From positions 4,278,001 to 4,342,000 of the forward strand of contig NC_091475.1 in assembly GCF_036971445.1 (NCBI RefSeq): a stretch of DNA of 64,000 nucleotides, read 5' to 3'. Shown in pieces: positions 11,963 to 25,966 of this stretch. Numbering within the stretch: position 1 is the stretch's first letter; each line of letters starts with the position of its first letter. The notes under the pieces were generated by a model. It had not been told where the DNA came from. It saw only the letters and a program-made list of their open reading frames with translations, and did no database searches. Source of the stretch: Narcine bancroftii (taxonomy: Eukaryota). Both the position numbers and the translations under genes were made by a program.

Positions 11963-12081
11963 GACCAGCGGCTTACTTCAGCTTTGTCATTTGCATTAAC
12001 ATCTGAGCACAGAGAGTATGTAGAGTTTGCATTAAAGATTCTGTTTGAGGCAGCACCTTTGCCTGATTTTCCTGTTATAAT
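11963..12081 (+). CDS. CIP2A: CIP2A coding exon
   Basis: cccAG|; [39 protein letters not shown]; |GTAAGT. Confidence 0.95.
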
Positions 12082-12719
12082 GTAAGTGCCGAATAGCCTG
12101 ATTTTCTTTTCCTGTTGGTTGCTTAGAATGAATCCAGATTAATGTAAAAATTTTATAAATAGTTACATAACATAAATATTGCAACTGCTGTGGATTAATG
12201 AAGTTATTACTTTAGTAGTTGGGGTTATTGTGTGAGGTGTTGCCTCACTTAAGGTGGTGAGCAGAGGAATGATATGCATGCAAGTTGAACAGTTTTCTGC
12301 TATTTCCAGCACTGATAAATAGATTTGTATTTGGAGAATCTCTTAACTTTTGATTCTGGTATTTTGTAACTATCATGGGTATACATTGATAGTTCTACAT
12401 TGCAGTACACAAGTAATTTTTGACTCCTTAAAAACATATCAAAAACAATGCATGTTTTGTAGTTAAATTACATTTATCAAGAATCATCATTTCAAAATGC
12501 AGTAAAACACTGGTAACCTGGACAGCTCAGTACTTTGGTTCCAGGCTAGCAGATTTTCTTGACTCTTGGATGTTATTTCTATCAATGCACCAACATACTT
12601 TTGATCGACTTTTTTCAAATGTTATAGAATATAAATTTCTACTCAAGCAGCTAAGTTTAAAAGTACAAAATCTGGGTCCCAGTGAGTGAGTGAATGAGCC
12701 TTGTCACGGATGCAACAAA

Positions 12720-13200
12720 AATCATGCATGTTGTGTAGTTTTGCAGTTACATGAAACATACTAACAACAATTTAAGCATGAGTTGCACATAAGACGCCAC
12801 AAAGAAAAAATAAATATAAAAGGAAGAGAAAATATTATAAATAATAAATATTTACATTTGGTTGATAGTGCAAAAAGGTGTTTGTGCTGACAGATCTTTT
12901 GTGGACTGTGAGTACAGTGTTATGGTTCAGCTGTTGCAGGGAGGTTCAAGAGTGATAGATGTGGGCAAAGAATGTTCTTGAACCAAGAGGTGCTGAACCT
13001 GGTTCTGTAGCTTCTGCCTGAAGGTAGCAGCGACAAATGAGTATGGCCAGGGTGAGAGGTGTTCCTTATAATGTTAGTTGCCTCTTTGAGGCAGTGCCTC
13101 CTGTAAATGTCCTTGATGTGTGGATGGTCATTGACCATGATGGATTTGGCTGTGTTCTGCCAATTTCTGCAGGTTTCAGTGCTACTGTCTATTTGAGTTT
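12720..13200 (-). mobile_element. Rex1/Babar-like LINE fragment
   Basis: IKDIYRRHCLKEATNII..SHPGH..LSLLPSGR.Y in ORF 12920..13243. Confidence 0.7.
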
Positions 13201-13559
13201 TCAGGTGTGCAAGAATTGTAGCACTGGTATGTGGGAAGGTCATTCAGAAACTGGGTCCCCAATAAGTGGGAAGGGTGACCTGGTGACATAGATGCTGAAC
13301 CATTATGATTTTTGTTCTGTTAGATAGCAAATTATCAGAATTTAATAATTATGCCTATTGGGTTTGGAATCAAGATACAAAGAGGAAGTTCTTGATTTAT
13401 ACTTAGAGGTTTAGTTAATTGAAAAGAATGATTTGGGGTTAAGAGGTGAGCACGTCATATTGATGAATGGAATTTTTATTGAAGTAGGACACAGATTGGT
13501 TTAAATTAATTTTCTGCAGTACTTTGCATTTAATGTATTGCAATAATATTTTTGTACAT

Positions 13560-14020
13560 TTTTTTCCTTTTTAAATCTTTTTATTGGTTTTAACCTATGC
13601 AAAATACATAGGTACCAATAATAATAATAATAATAATAATAAAGTAAATTACTATCAAGTTACAAGTATCAAATAGCAATGAACAAGGTACATATGAATC
13701 CATGTTATTAAATGGAAGAAAGTAAAAGAAAAAAATCATTTATTCCTAAACTAAGAATCAAGCCCCACCCATTGAGGGTTACTGGCCAAGTTAATGAGTG
13801 CACTACTAATAATAATTATGGGGTCCAGAGATAATTAATCTACAAATTTTGAAAGTAATTAAGATAAGGACCCCAAAGAAAAAGAAATTTAATATCCATT
13901 GCAGTAGTAGAACAACTAAATTATTCTAGAGACAGACATGCCATCACATCCAACAACCATGAAGTATGTGTGGGAAGGACAGCATCTTTCCATCTCAGCA
14001 AAATGGGCCTTCTAGGTTCA
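13560..14020 (-). mobile_element. L1/Tx1-like LINE 3' fragment with (AAT)n at about 13617-13640
   Basis: Minus strand reads like an ORF2 C-terminus (RRPILLRWKDAVLPTHTSWLLDVMACLSLE) followed by an A-rich tail. Confidence 0.55.
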
Positions 14021-14192
14021 CTTCTTTTGTACATATTAACATGGTAAATTTTGGTTTCATGTCATAGATCCAAAATAGATATTATGTTGTGTCAGTTCTT
14101 TAAAATATACTCATTCTCTTTGTCTATGTATGCCCGCAATTAAAAAGCTGAATGAAATAGTTTTTAAATTCATGCTGCTCTGTTTTTTTTAG

Positions 14193-14373
14193 GCTTGGAG
14201 AAAGCATTGCTGCTAATAATGCATGTAAACAACAAAATGCTGATCACATAATTAAAAAGATTCCTGTCCAGCAGCATTCAACAAACTTTGGGGCACCGAA
14301 AGGTTCAAGTACTGTTGATGCTACCAGATCAAATATTCATGAATTGATTGATAAGTTGCAGTTAGGAACAGAG
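14193..14373 (+). CDS. CIP2A: CIP2A coding exon
   Basis: ttttAG|; LGESIAANNACKQQNADHIIKKIP...SNIHELIDKLQLGTE; |GTTTGT. Confidence 0.93.
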
Positions 14374-14744
14374 GTTTGTATTGCATGTTGGACTTGGTTT
14401 GCATGATGTACTTAATTTTGAATGATATTGGCAAGTTTAGTCAGTTCTGACCAAATACCAATTATTGATTAATCTTTTTAAAAGATAACAAATTCTCAAA
14501 GTGGGCGCTGCCATCCCCCTGTGGGCAGTGGAAAGATCCAAGGGGGTGGTGGTCAGAAGGTGACGAGGAAAAGGGGACGGTCCGAACCTTCCATCTTGTT
14601 ATTATTCAGTCTTCTGCAAATTTTAATGAAGAAGCCAGCGCAATAATTTTCTGTCCAGACTCAGGTTAGCAGTAATGAGCAAAATAAATGGCGACAAGGC
14701 GACAGCTGGTCTCGATGGCCTCCATGTTGTACTGGTGCCACTAA

Positions 14745-15086
14745 CCGCCGCTCAGCATTGCCCCTACCCCTCCCATCCCACTCAGCACCATACCTAACTC
14801 ACTCAGCACCACCACTACCCCCCATCCTGCTCAGCACTGCCAGTAACCCCACCACCCCGCTCAGCACCACCACTATCCCTCCCCCACGCTGCTCAGCACT
14901 GCTACCACGCCCTCCAGCTTAGTGCCACCACTAATGCCCACCCTGCTCAGCGCCACCATTAACCCTCCCACCCTGCTCTGGGCCACCACTAACACCCCCA
15001 TCCTGCTCAGCGCCGCCACTACCCCACCACCCCTCTCAGCGCCACCACTAGCTCTCCCCCACCCTGCTTAAACCCCCGCCCCCCCC
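14745..15086. repeat. C-rich minisatellite, about 33-bp unit (GCTCAGCACCACCACTACCCCCC...)
   Basis: About 10 recurrences of a CTCAGC(A/G)C-like core at about 30-35 bp spacing. Confidence 0.85.
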
Positions 15087-16197
15087 TACACAATGCTGTT
15101 GTATGGGGTGTTGGTGCTTGGGATGTGACCTGGAGGCCAAGGGGGTGGCAGCCCGACAGTGAATATCATAAGGTAATTTAATGACAGTTTGGTCAAAGAA
15201 ATGTTGCAAAAGAGAGGTAAGGAAGAGGAGTGAGTTAAGGAGGAAATTATAGGCATGGATTGTACAGCATGGAAATGGGCCCTTTGGCCCATCACATCTA
15301 TCCCAACCTTGTCAGTGAATTACAAAGGTAGCTGTTTGGCAATTGAAAGGACAGTTACCACTGATGGAACAATAAAAGTCATAGCTGCCCAAAAGCCTGT
15401 TGTTGGGAAGTACAGCAATCTGAGAGTTTACACTTGCAGAATGTTTTATAGAAAAGGAAGGAATGGCTGTGTGGTATTTGAAAACAAAGATGAGAAATAT
15501 TAAAATTGAGGTGTGTCTTTTCCCCAGGAGAAAAACAGCTTTGTGTGCAGAATTGCACAGGGACAGAGTTCTAGATGTGATCATGGTGTGATTGAAGATT
15601 TTATAATCGGATGACTAGAGACAGAGCAGAGTTGAATGATATTATGGATAGTCATAGCATTGAAATTCAATCACATACTCATTTCTGGGTTAAATATGAT
15701 TCCAAGGTTGTGACTTTGTTTCATCCTCTGGTAGTTATTGGGGATCGAGGTGGCCACGGAACAAAGTTAGTGGTGGAGACCAAATATATTGGCAACTCCT
15801 GGACATTTTCCGAGCATCTGACTGTTTTACAAGTTTCATTAATGTTAGGAGAAGCTACAAGTTAGAAAGAGTGTTGAGATAAAGAAGGGAATTGCTGAAA
15901 AAATGCAAAACCTTTGTTGAAAATAATTATAATTCTGTGGTGCTATGAGAAAAGAGAGTGAAACAATGGTTATTCATTAGTTAACTGTTGAGGTAATGGT
16001 GAGATAGAAGATAGATAAGTATTTGGAAGAAATGCTTTGGCTGAATAAATGCAAATGAAAGCAAGCTGGTGAAGCTATGCTCCCTTGTTTTAGATTTCGC
16101 CACAAAAAAAATCCTTTCAGCATCTATTATGCAAAGTTCCTTCAGAATCTGTGTAACACAATTCTTTTAGAGTGAAACTTCCACCAAAGCAATTATA

Positions 16198-16822
16198 AGG
16201 CTATTTCAGATAGCCCAAAAGTCAGAATGTAAAGGCGGAGAAACTCCACCAAAACGCATAATGACCTACCTCTCTGAATGTGTGGAGGATGTCTCCGAGC
16301 CGCATAATCCAACCCCTCTCTGAGAAGGATAATCTCTGCTGATTGATCTGAATTGGCAGCTGCACTAGGCAGCTGTTTGGGGGCAGACTGATGATGCAGT
16401 CAGCCTGCGACCCATTTACCCCTCTCCCTCCAAGTCAGGGGCAGCGGGGAGCCCTCGGGGCAGCAGGAGCAGACTGAGCAGCGGAGACTGTTAGCGCAGC
16501 GGGAGCATTCAGGGGCAGCGGGAGCTGTCAGGGAGTGACCAGTGAGGGCTGAGTCAGCTGCTGTCTGCAGCTCAAAACGGCAGAGCAATGGCCATCTTCC
16601 CTACCTATAAATCCCCCATGCAGCTGGAACTGTTCTGGGAACTTTAGAGTGGTTTCATCTGCGTGGGGGATTATGGGTAGGGAAGACGGCATTGCTCTGC
16701 CGCGTATTGATGATGAATAGGGATCTGGATGGTGCTATGAGGTGCCTCTCCTTTGAATGGGATACTGGAGCAACCTTTTTGGGCTGCCGGTCTCCAGGTG
16801 GAGGCCTGAACTGAAATGGCCT
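16198..16822. mobile_element. PIF/Harbinger-like MITE
   Basis: Imperfect TIRs AGGCTATTTCAG ... CTGAAATGGCCT bound a GC-rich non-coding block. Confidence 0.6.
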
Positions 16823-17273
16823 GTAATCCTCTATAGGACAAGAAATTTCAGATACATTCTCACCAATGTTGTAACAAAACTTTGCTGCTTTCATTCACTA
16901 GCCTTTTACTGAACAAGACTGGCTTTTGTTGCATTGTTTTACAATTTACATCTTTTTTACATTTACATCATTGCATTTTTAGAAACTCAACTGTACATCC
17001 ATTGATTTTTCCTACATCCATTCTATTTGTTACATCTTCAAAATTATTCAAGTTTTTTGAATAATATATTCAAATTTGCTCAATTTTATTTCCCTTTCAT
17101 AAGACTATTGATTGTATTGTGATTTTCTAAATGCCCTGCCACTGTTTCTTTATAATATTTTTGACCAAATGTTGCCCTGTCATGTAAATCCTGAATACTT
17201 ATAATTTTCCACATTGTTCTTTTATAAAGCTGCTTAATATTACATTTAGGAACACAATTGTATCTTTCCACAG

Positions 17274-17348
17274 CTGAAGGAACAAGTCAAGGATGTTCGA
17301 CTTTCAGATCTGATGGATGTCTATGAGCAAAAGCTTTCCTCCCTTGCA
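17274..17348 (+). CDS. CIP2A: CIP2A coding exon
   Basis: cacAG|; LKEQVKDVRLSDLMDVYEQKLSSLA; |GTAAGT. Confidence 0.95.
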
Positions 17349-17729
17349 GTAAGTGCTACTCAAAACTTCAAACTAGTGATAATGAGTAAAATTAACACAC
17401 CAGCAAATGGTAAAAAAAAGATATTTTCATGGGTTTTTTTAAATTTAGGAGGAAAATAAAGTAGATACTTTCATATTTCAGTTGAAAGTAAAAGGATAGT
17501 TATTTGTTCAAAAAATTTGTCACGTTTTCAAAATGAACCAAATAGTTTGACAGTGATGGAAAAAGTAATTTTTTTTCATTGTGTTGATTTAAAAACTAAT
17601 ACATTTTCAAAAATGCATTGAAATGTTTAATTGTGGTGTTACCTCATTATAAAGTATAGGCTAGTCGGTGTACAGGAGTTTCTGCAGACAAAAGGTGGTG
17701 AATGACGTAAGCAATTAGATGCATAAAAC

Positions 17730-19260
17730 TATAAGACATAAGAGCAGGCTTTTCAGTCCACTGAGTCTGACCCGTCATTTAATCATGAGCAAATCCACTT
17801 TCCCCTTCTCCCCATAACCTTTGATGCTCTGTCTAATCATGAACTTATCAATCTCTGTCTTAAATGCAGCCGATGACCGAGCCTCCACAGATTTACCACC
17901 CTGTGGCTAAATAAATTCCTCTGCATCTCTGTTCTAAGTGGACACTCTTCAATCATGAAATTGTGCCCTCTTGTCCTGGACTCTCCCACCATGGAAAACA
18001 ACCTTTCTACATCTACTCTTGTCTACACCTTTCAACATGTGAAATGTTTCCATGAGATTCTCCTTCATTCCAAAGCACGCCTTTTATGATAATCCTTTCA
18101 TTCCCAGAATCATCTTTGTGAATCCCCCTCTGGACATTCTTTCTTAAGTGAAGAGCTCAGAACTGCTCATAATATTCAAAGTGAGGTCTCACCAGTACCT
18201 TATAAAGTGTCCTGCTGTTACATTCTATTCAACTTGAAATGAATGCCAGTATTGCATTTACCTTCTTCACCACCGACTCAACATACAAATTTACTTTCAG
18301 GCTATAGTGCACGAGGACTACTAGGTCCTTTTGGATCTGGGTACTTTCAATTTTCTCTTCATTTAAAAAACAGTCTTCCTCTCTTATTTTTTCTACCAAA
18401 GTGCATGACTACATTTTCCAGTATTATATTTCATTTGCCACTTTTCTGTCTATTTTCCTAATCTATCTAAGTCTTTCTGCAGCCTCCCTGTTTCCTCAAC
18501 ACGACCTGCTCCTCCATCTACCTTCAGATCATCTGAAAACTGGCCACAAAGCCATTAATTCCATCCTCTAAATCATTAATGTACAACATAAAAAGAACCA
18601 GCCCCAACACAAACCCCTGTGGAACACCATTAGCAAATGCCAGGCAACCAGGATATGATCCCTATATTCCGACTCTTCTCCTGCTAATCAGCTAATGCTT
18701 TGCCTTGTTATCTTGTTAAGTAGCCTCGTGTGCGACACCATGTCCAAAGGCCTCCTGAAAATCCAATTACACAAGATCCACTGCATCTCCTTTATCAAGT
18801 CTGCTTGTCACTTCAAAGAATTCTAACAGGTTTGTCAGGCAAGATTTTTCATTAAGAAAACTATGCTGGCTTTAACCCATCTTGTCATGTGCATCCAAGT
18901 ATTCTGTAACCTCATCCTTGATGATCGAATCCATCATCTTCCCAACCACTGACCTCAGGCTAACTGGTCTATAATTTTCTTTTTGCTTTCTCCCTGCCTT
19001 CTTGAATACTGCATTGACATTTGCAATTTTCCGGTCCTCCAGGACTATATCAGAATTTATTTATTCCTGAAAGATCATTACCAATGCCTGCACAATCTCT
19101 ATGGCTACTTCTTTATGAACCCAAGGGTACACTCCATCATGGGAGACTTATCCACCCTTAGACCATTTAGCTTTATGAGTACCATCTCCCTTCAAATAGT
19201 AACTGCACTCACTTCCCTTCTTGATGCCCCTCAACAGCTGGCACACTACTAATGTCTTCC
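17730..19260 (-). mobile_element. Degraded CR1 LINE
   Basis: Reverse-strand remnants of GVPQG (about 18610-18630), LVRPHFEY (about 18170-18200) and a CR1 3' UTR. Confidence 0.8.
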
Positions 19261-21333
19261 ATGCAATGTGTATGTTAAAATGGCAGTAGGAAAGGCATGA
19301 ATAGAGAAAGGGTGTAGGAGCAAAGGCAATTAACTCAGACCTTTTCACCTTCCTATTACATCATTCCTGATGTTTATCTCAATTCATTTTACCCAACTTT
19401 GTACCATGTCCCTTGATACCTATACCTAAACAAAGATCAGTCTTGATGAAAATAGTCATTCATCTTGTGACTACAACCTTTTGGTGAGAAAATTTCAAAC
19501 TCTCCACTAATCTTGAGTGAAACAGTGCTCCAAGATTTCACTACAATTGTATTATAACAATATAGTTCTAATAACAGCTACTCTGTTAATCCATTAATCA
19601 TTTTAATTACAATCCTAATCACTTAAAGCAGATAGAATCCTGCAGCTATAAATTTACATGATAACCATCGTAACACGAGAGTTGAGATCATGGATGTGGC
19701 AAGTAACAATTATTTAAGTAATATGTATCTTTTTCAGATATGAACATAACCAACATTAAAAAGTGCAAAATAATATTACCTTTTAATACTTCTAGATCAA
19801 TATTTTATTTATCTGCTCATTTACAGTTAATATTGATCACATCATTAATTTTAGTTTGCTATTAACATTATTATATATTGTGGTATGGATGGATATTTTT
19901 GGGTCACATACCTAAAATGTTATAGGATTTAAACTTCCACCAAGAATTATCCATTCAAATGAACTGAGATAGATCAGTTGCTGAATATTTTTGAGGGAAA
20001 CTTGTTTAATTGTGGTTATTGAATATGAAAGAGGCACTGAGGTAAAAGATCAGATGTGATCGTATTGAATGGCAAAGCAGTCCCAAGCAGCCTACATCTG
20101 ATTCTTATTTTTGCTGCTGACATAAGAAAAAACTTTGAGACACAAGACTGCAGATGCTGGAATCTGGAACAAAGAAATAAGCTGCTGGTGGAACTCAGTG
20201 GGTTGTGCTGGAGGGAACTGGACATTCAGCATTTTAGATAAAGACTCTTCGTCTATTCAGATGAAGGGTCTTAACCTCAAGTGTCAATTGTCCATTTCCC
20301 TCTGTAGATTCTGTCTGGCCCACTGAGTTCCTCTGGCAGCTCATTTTTTAGCATCAGAAAATATTTTTCCACTGAGGATCCCCTAACGAAAACTTGCTTT
20401 GTATCCAAAATAACCTTGAGTGATATGATATGGTCACATGGATGGGCCAGAACACAGCCATGCAGTGAGACAAGTCACGGCAATGGGTAAAGCTACAGCT
20501 TTGCCAGCATTCAAAGTTATAATGACTTTTGTGTGCTTCTAAATATCATTCACTATTCAAAACCTTTTCAAAATTAAAAGCAAAGTGAACCATTAAATTA
20601 ACAGAAAAAGTTAAATTATTGTTCAATTAAAACAAACATTTAAAATGTGGACATAAATATGAAAATGTTTATTGCCATAGTTTCTATTAAAATTAATGGG
20701 CATAAAGTTTTTGACCATTCAATGTTTCAATATTCATGAAATTTAGTTGCAAATAAAATCTCAAAAATATTTAAAATAGTTAAAGATATAAATATTTTTA
20801 AAGTAACAAACTAAATTAATAAAATTAGTACATAAATATATAAATTATCTGATACTTGTCCTTAGCCATTGTGCAAAGGAACGAAGTCACTATTCTTCAA
20901 GTACATTTGTTGTCATGTGTCCCAAAATGTAGCGATAGAGGTTGTTTTGTGAGCAGACCAGTAGACAGCTCATACATAGTACAAGTAATTCACAATAAAA
21001 AGGTGCAAGGGAGATCTGGGAGCACCTTGCAAAGTGCAGCCGTGCTTATCCTTTTGCCTTTTTTTTTTACAGGAAGCAGCCAGTGGAAATATAAGTTTGT
21101 ATTTGCATAGAAATCCCAAGCTTAGTGGCATTTTGCTGCAAAATTCAACCTATGAAACAAGAAAATTTTGTGTATTAATTTACAAGCCTTTCTTCACTGA
21201 AGCAATATTGTGGATCCTTGCCTATCACATAATATTTAACATTAGTATTTTGCAATTTGCAGGACTTTAAACTGTTTTATATGGAAACCTGTTTCAATTT
21301 TAATGTCAATGTTTAACATGCCTGTTTATTTAG

Positions 21334-21444
21334 TCCAAAGAAAATCGTTTACAGGACTTATTAGAAGCTAAAGCATTGGCCCTAGCACAGGCAGATCGTT
21401 TAATTGCACAGTATCGTTGCCAAAGAGCCCATGCAGAAGCAGAG
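21334..21444 (+). CDS. CIP2A: CIP2A coding exon (coiled coil)
   Basis: tttAG|; [37 protein letters not shown]; |GTAAAG; near-identical to recalled human [31 protein letters not shown]. Confidence 0.96.
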
Positions 21445-21935
21445 GTAAAGTCTTCCTTTGCCTCATTATTGTTTGATTTAAGTTATTGTTTGTGTTATCG
21501 ATTTTGAAATTTAAATGATTAATTTATTTGAAAAGTTGACTTTGAAATGTCAGGGATAAACTAACCAGAAATAGATTTTAAAGACTTAGCAGAACAAGGG
21601 CCTGTTTTTATTGTTGTTTATGACCAAGTACATTCCTTAAACAATAGATTGTTTGAAATCAATATTACTAAGGAACAAATGAAGGAGCTGGCAATTTTAG
21701 ATTTGATATTGTTTAATGAAAAGGGTTCATCAATGATCTGGAAGCTAAGGAGCCTTTATATAAAAAATGAAAATTATTTATTTCATTTTGAAACCATGAT
21801 CTTAAGTCTGAGTAAAGAAAACTGAAGACAAATGAGGTGTAAGTTAACTATGATAGATAGGAAATGTACATTAAAGGGTCAACAATATTTTGATAACATA
21901 AAATTAAGATACTTTAATATATTTTTTTCAGATAT

Positions 21936-22909
21936 TGTGACAGATTTGTTGTTTGTTTTATATATAGATGTTTTTGGGAGATAAATTGGGGCAGGTTTTT
22001 TAGTGTAGGAAACATACAAACACTTTAAAACAGATCTTATTTAAAATACTAGAGCTCTGCTCACGCTAGACATGTCAGCACCAGAGCCTTTGCAAAAGCT
22101 TTGGAGAGTGCCCAAGAGGCTTCACTAATGGATTGTTGCTTACAAAAAGGCAACAGATGAAAGAAATTGTCAGAGCTGCAGACTGTTGGAGTGGAGGTTA
22201 CAGTTCTAGGAGGATCATGTGGTTTTTCAACAGAGAGAGTCAAACAGGTTCTCTCTCAGAGAGAGAGGCAGAATTCAATTTGGAAGTTTTACAGTGAACA
22301 GCAGCAGCTGGGACTTGAACAGGACAAGCTGGCAAGCTTGTGAAAAACCCAATTTGGAAGATGGGTTGTGAGTTCTTAATTCAGCCTACTCAAAGCCCTT
22401 GTGGTTCATCCAAGAGGAGAGGACTGGCTGTCTAATGTTTCACTTGAAATAAGAGAAACAAAAGGAAGTTTATGGTGACCTGAAAGAAAGAGGTTATCAT
22501 CTGGAGAATCCTGAGGGGACAAGTTTCTTTGGCAAGACACTGAAGTGGCTTGTGTGTGTCCAGTGTACAACAAATCTCTCTCTGAAAACTAATAAGAACC
22601 TTCCTGGTGAACTTTATAAATGTGAAATTCTGTGCATAGTATAAGAATTGCCTGCAACCAGTGAACTTGGAGGAATAGGAAGTGAGATTGGACTGTGAAC
22701 CAAAGAACTTTTCTGAACACACACACACATTACATACACGTGCACTTAGAATTAGAAGGGGGTTAAGTTAGGTTAGTTAAGATAAGTTAAAGTTTGATTC
22801 TATTTTCATGCTTAAAGATAATTAAAAGAAAGCAACCTTTGTTTAAGTAACTATTGTCTTGGTGAATATCTATTATTGCTGTGTTTTGGGGTCCTCTGGG
22901 CTTGTAACA
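21936..22909 (+). mobile_element. Solo LTR, family A (974 bp), TSD ATAT
   Basis: TGTGACAG...TTGTAACA termini; ATAT at 21932-21935 and 22910-22913. Confidence 0.9.
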
Positions 22910-22929
22910 ATATAAACATAACCAACAGG

Positions 22930-23610
22930 AAAAATGTTCCAGCCGTGAATGTCAAGGGAAATTAAAAATAGTGGATCAAAAGGATTGGCTTATTAATGTT
23001 ACCAAAGGTAACAGGAACCTGAGGATTGAGGATATTTCAGAATTCAGCAAAGGAGAACCCAGGCATTGATCAGGAAGGAGAAATTTGAATCGGACAGTAG
23101 ACCAGGAAGAAAAAAGAAGACTGTAAAAGTTTTTGAAAGTATTGTAATAAAAAGAGGGAATATTTAGCATAGAGAATAAGAACACTGAAAAATCTTCAGA
23201 AGTCACAGAAAAACTCACAGATAGGGTGGAGAACCACAGGTCTGTGAATTTGGAGCTTGCAGAAATTAGGTCAGAGAAAACAGAATTGGTAAAGTTAATA
23301 AGAATGAAAGGCAATAAAGACCAAGATTCCAGTGTCTTTATCCTATGATTTTAAAAGGAATGGAGGAAGGAATGGTTTGCTGCCTTCCACAATTCCAAAT
23401 ATTTTAGAACAATTCCTACAGATTGTAAAGTGGCAAACATTAACGCCCCTACTTATAAGGTAAAATAAGATAGAAATTGCAGGTGAGACACCCTAGCATC
23501 AGGACCAGAAAAGTTTAATTAGTTTAAAAAGTGGTATCAAAACCCTTAGAAAATAATAATAGGATTAGGAAGAATGGAGATCGATTTATGAAAGAGAGAT
23601 TATGGTTGAC
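22930..23610 (+). mobile_element. Highly degraded CR1-like ORF2 fragment
   Basis: Remnants such as IPTDCKVANI (about 23410-23445) and HGFMK/LTNL-like sequence. Confidence 0.5.
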
Positions 23611-23619
23611 AAATCTTTT

Positions 23620-25860
23620 TTAAAATATTTAATTTAAAAATTTCAGCCATGTGATTATATATTTTAAATAAGTAGTACTTAATTAAATTTAAGATTACAA
23701 TGATTACACAGTATTTATCCCCCCTCACTTACCTCCAACTATAAAAATTATAACAATATAATAGATATAAAATATAGCTTTATGGAAAACATACAAAAGA
23801 AAGTAAAAGCAAAAATATAAAAAGAATAATATTCTGGATTGCACAGTGGATTAGCTCACAAACTGAGATCTTACAATATTTATATGCATAATGACTTTTA
23901 GGGAAGAAGATGATTACATGTCTTAAGAGGCTTGGAGTACATTTTTACATATTTATCCCTAACCTTTGCATATACGGGCTCCAAATTTGTACAAAAAAAT
24001 TGGATATTTATTTTGCAAGCTGTAAGCAATTTTCTCCAAAGGAATACAGCTCTGAATTTCTGAATGCCATCTTTCCATACCTAAATACACATCTAATTTC
24101 CAGGTCAATATACTTTCTTGCCACTGCTAAGGCAAATTTAGTAAATTTCACTTGATGGTATAATAAATTTAATTTGGGTCTAGTTCCTTCTATATTTCCC
24201 AACAAAAATAAATCTGGATTTTTGGAAAAACAGTGCCAGTGGTCTGTCCCAGAAATTATTTGTCTTATAATCATGATTAAATTCTGTCCATCTTTTCTCA
24301 CCAATCATAATATTCAAATAGAGACAAATCTGTTTTTGAGATTATGTATATTTGTTCTTTCAGAAGGTTTTCGATAAAGTGCCGTATGAATTATTCAACA
24401 AAATGAGAGTATATGTTGTTGGAAACGTGGATTGAAATAAGCAGCATCTGTGGAAAAAATGTATTACAGAGTATTTTTCAAACTTTTTTCATAGTACAGA
24501 AACTAATAACTTGGAAGTTTTTGAATAAATTATTGTTAAATTGTAAAAGGTGAAATAAATTTGTGAAAGGAATGGTTTGTACATCCAAGTTTGTCAGCAT
24601 TAGTAGTAAGTAGTTGGCTAGCAATGAAAATACTGAGAAAGTGTCATTTTCTAAATTTTTGGCAGTAACATTCTTCACTTGATACAATATCCTGGTAGTT
24701 TTCAGAAAAATAAATAACTTGACTCCTTCAAAGTGTGGAAAATGATTAAACGACTCTCCCACTACATCTTTTATGAAAAAAGTCAGTTGAAAAAGACAAC
24801 TCTCTTCAATTCTGTCCAATATTGCTGCTCTGTGGCCTTGGTATTGCCAGGAAGTGAGAAAGGCATTTCTTTTCTATTTATCTATTTATTTATTTATTTA
24901 TTTTTCACACCATAAATCACATTAGCCGTGATATACACTTTTTCTTTTTCACACATATACAGTGACTTTTTCTCCCCCCCCTCGCTCCTGAGTAATAATT
25001 ATGTTGAAATTGTAAATCTGACTGCTCTGTAGGGGTTTCCTATATAGAGATGGGATACAAAGGGTTCGTATAATCAATGGATTGGCATCAGATTGTCACT
25101 GTCAAGAAAGAAGTACGAGGACGCGAGCTTCAGAGTCAACTTCAGGAGTGTTTATTAGAGTGAGACATCACGGAGAGCAGTCCCTGTAACAGCCAGGGCT
25201 CAGCTCTGAACTACACAGTTGCACAGCTTGAATTTATACAGTGAAGTAAACAAGTTAGTTTGTAAAGTCATCAGAATGGGCTACAATGATAATAAGGAGT
25301 TGATCACATCCCAGGAAGTGAAGGTTGTTCAAAGAACATAGTGTGGTTAAAGTACTTATTATAAAACAAGGAAAGTTATCTAAAGATGTTCTTTAGCAGA
25401 CTTAAATGTTATCTGGAGTTATTCTTTAGCAAGCAGCACCCAGGACCAGATGTCCTCGTGGTTTCCCCCTTGCTGACTCATTCCGTTCTCACAAGCAACT
25501 TTTATATCATGCCACTAACCCTTTAAGAATTACTCTGCCATCTACAGTATCCGTCCATTTTGCAAATTTCTTCCACAGTCACTTTTATTGCATTCAACTC
25601 CACTCACTCCCAAATTGTAAAACTGCCTCCCACATCTAAACTTGACTTATAATTTTAAGTCTTTTTTTTGAGCCAGTATAATCCGGTAACAGCGGGGAGT
25701 TTTGCAGATGAAGTAAAATATTATCCTGTATGACCAGAATTCAACTAAAAAATATTGCAGTGAATTTTCACTTGACCATGGAATGCATCAATGACATCCA
25801 ATGGCGAGTAAGCACATGTATACCCTGGTAATGTTTTTGGGGTGTTGTATACCGGATTTT
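23620..25860 (-). mobile_element. Degraded L1/Tx1-like LINE with nested insertions
   Basis: Minus-strand ORF2-like fragments (KFALAVARK..., GLQLPNF-like at about 25610-25630). Interrupted by a T-tailed insert (about 24870-24990) and a solo LTR. Confidence 0.55.
25100..25577 (-). mobile_element. Solo LTR, family B (478 bp), 5-bp TSD GTCAC
   Basis: TG...CA termini; GTCAC at 25095-25099 and 25578-25582; minus-strand TATAAA (about 25235) followed by AATAAA (25151-25156). Confidence 0.82.
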
Positions 25861-25966
25861 CAAATAAATATTTAAATTCAAGCATAATGTATCTGAATGA
25901 TTTGGTACATACATTTATTTGAATTATTAATTTTATTGATTGTTAGTTATTTGCTTTGAGTTGTAG

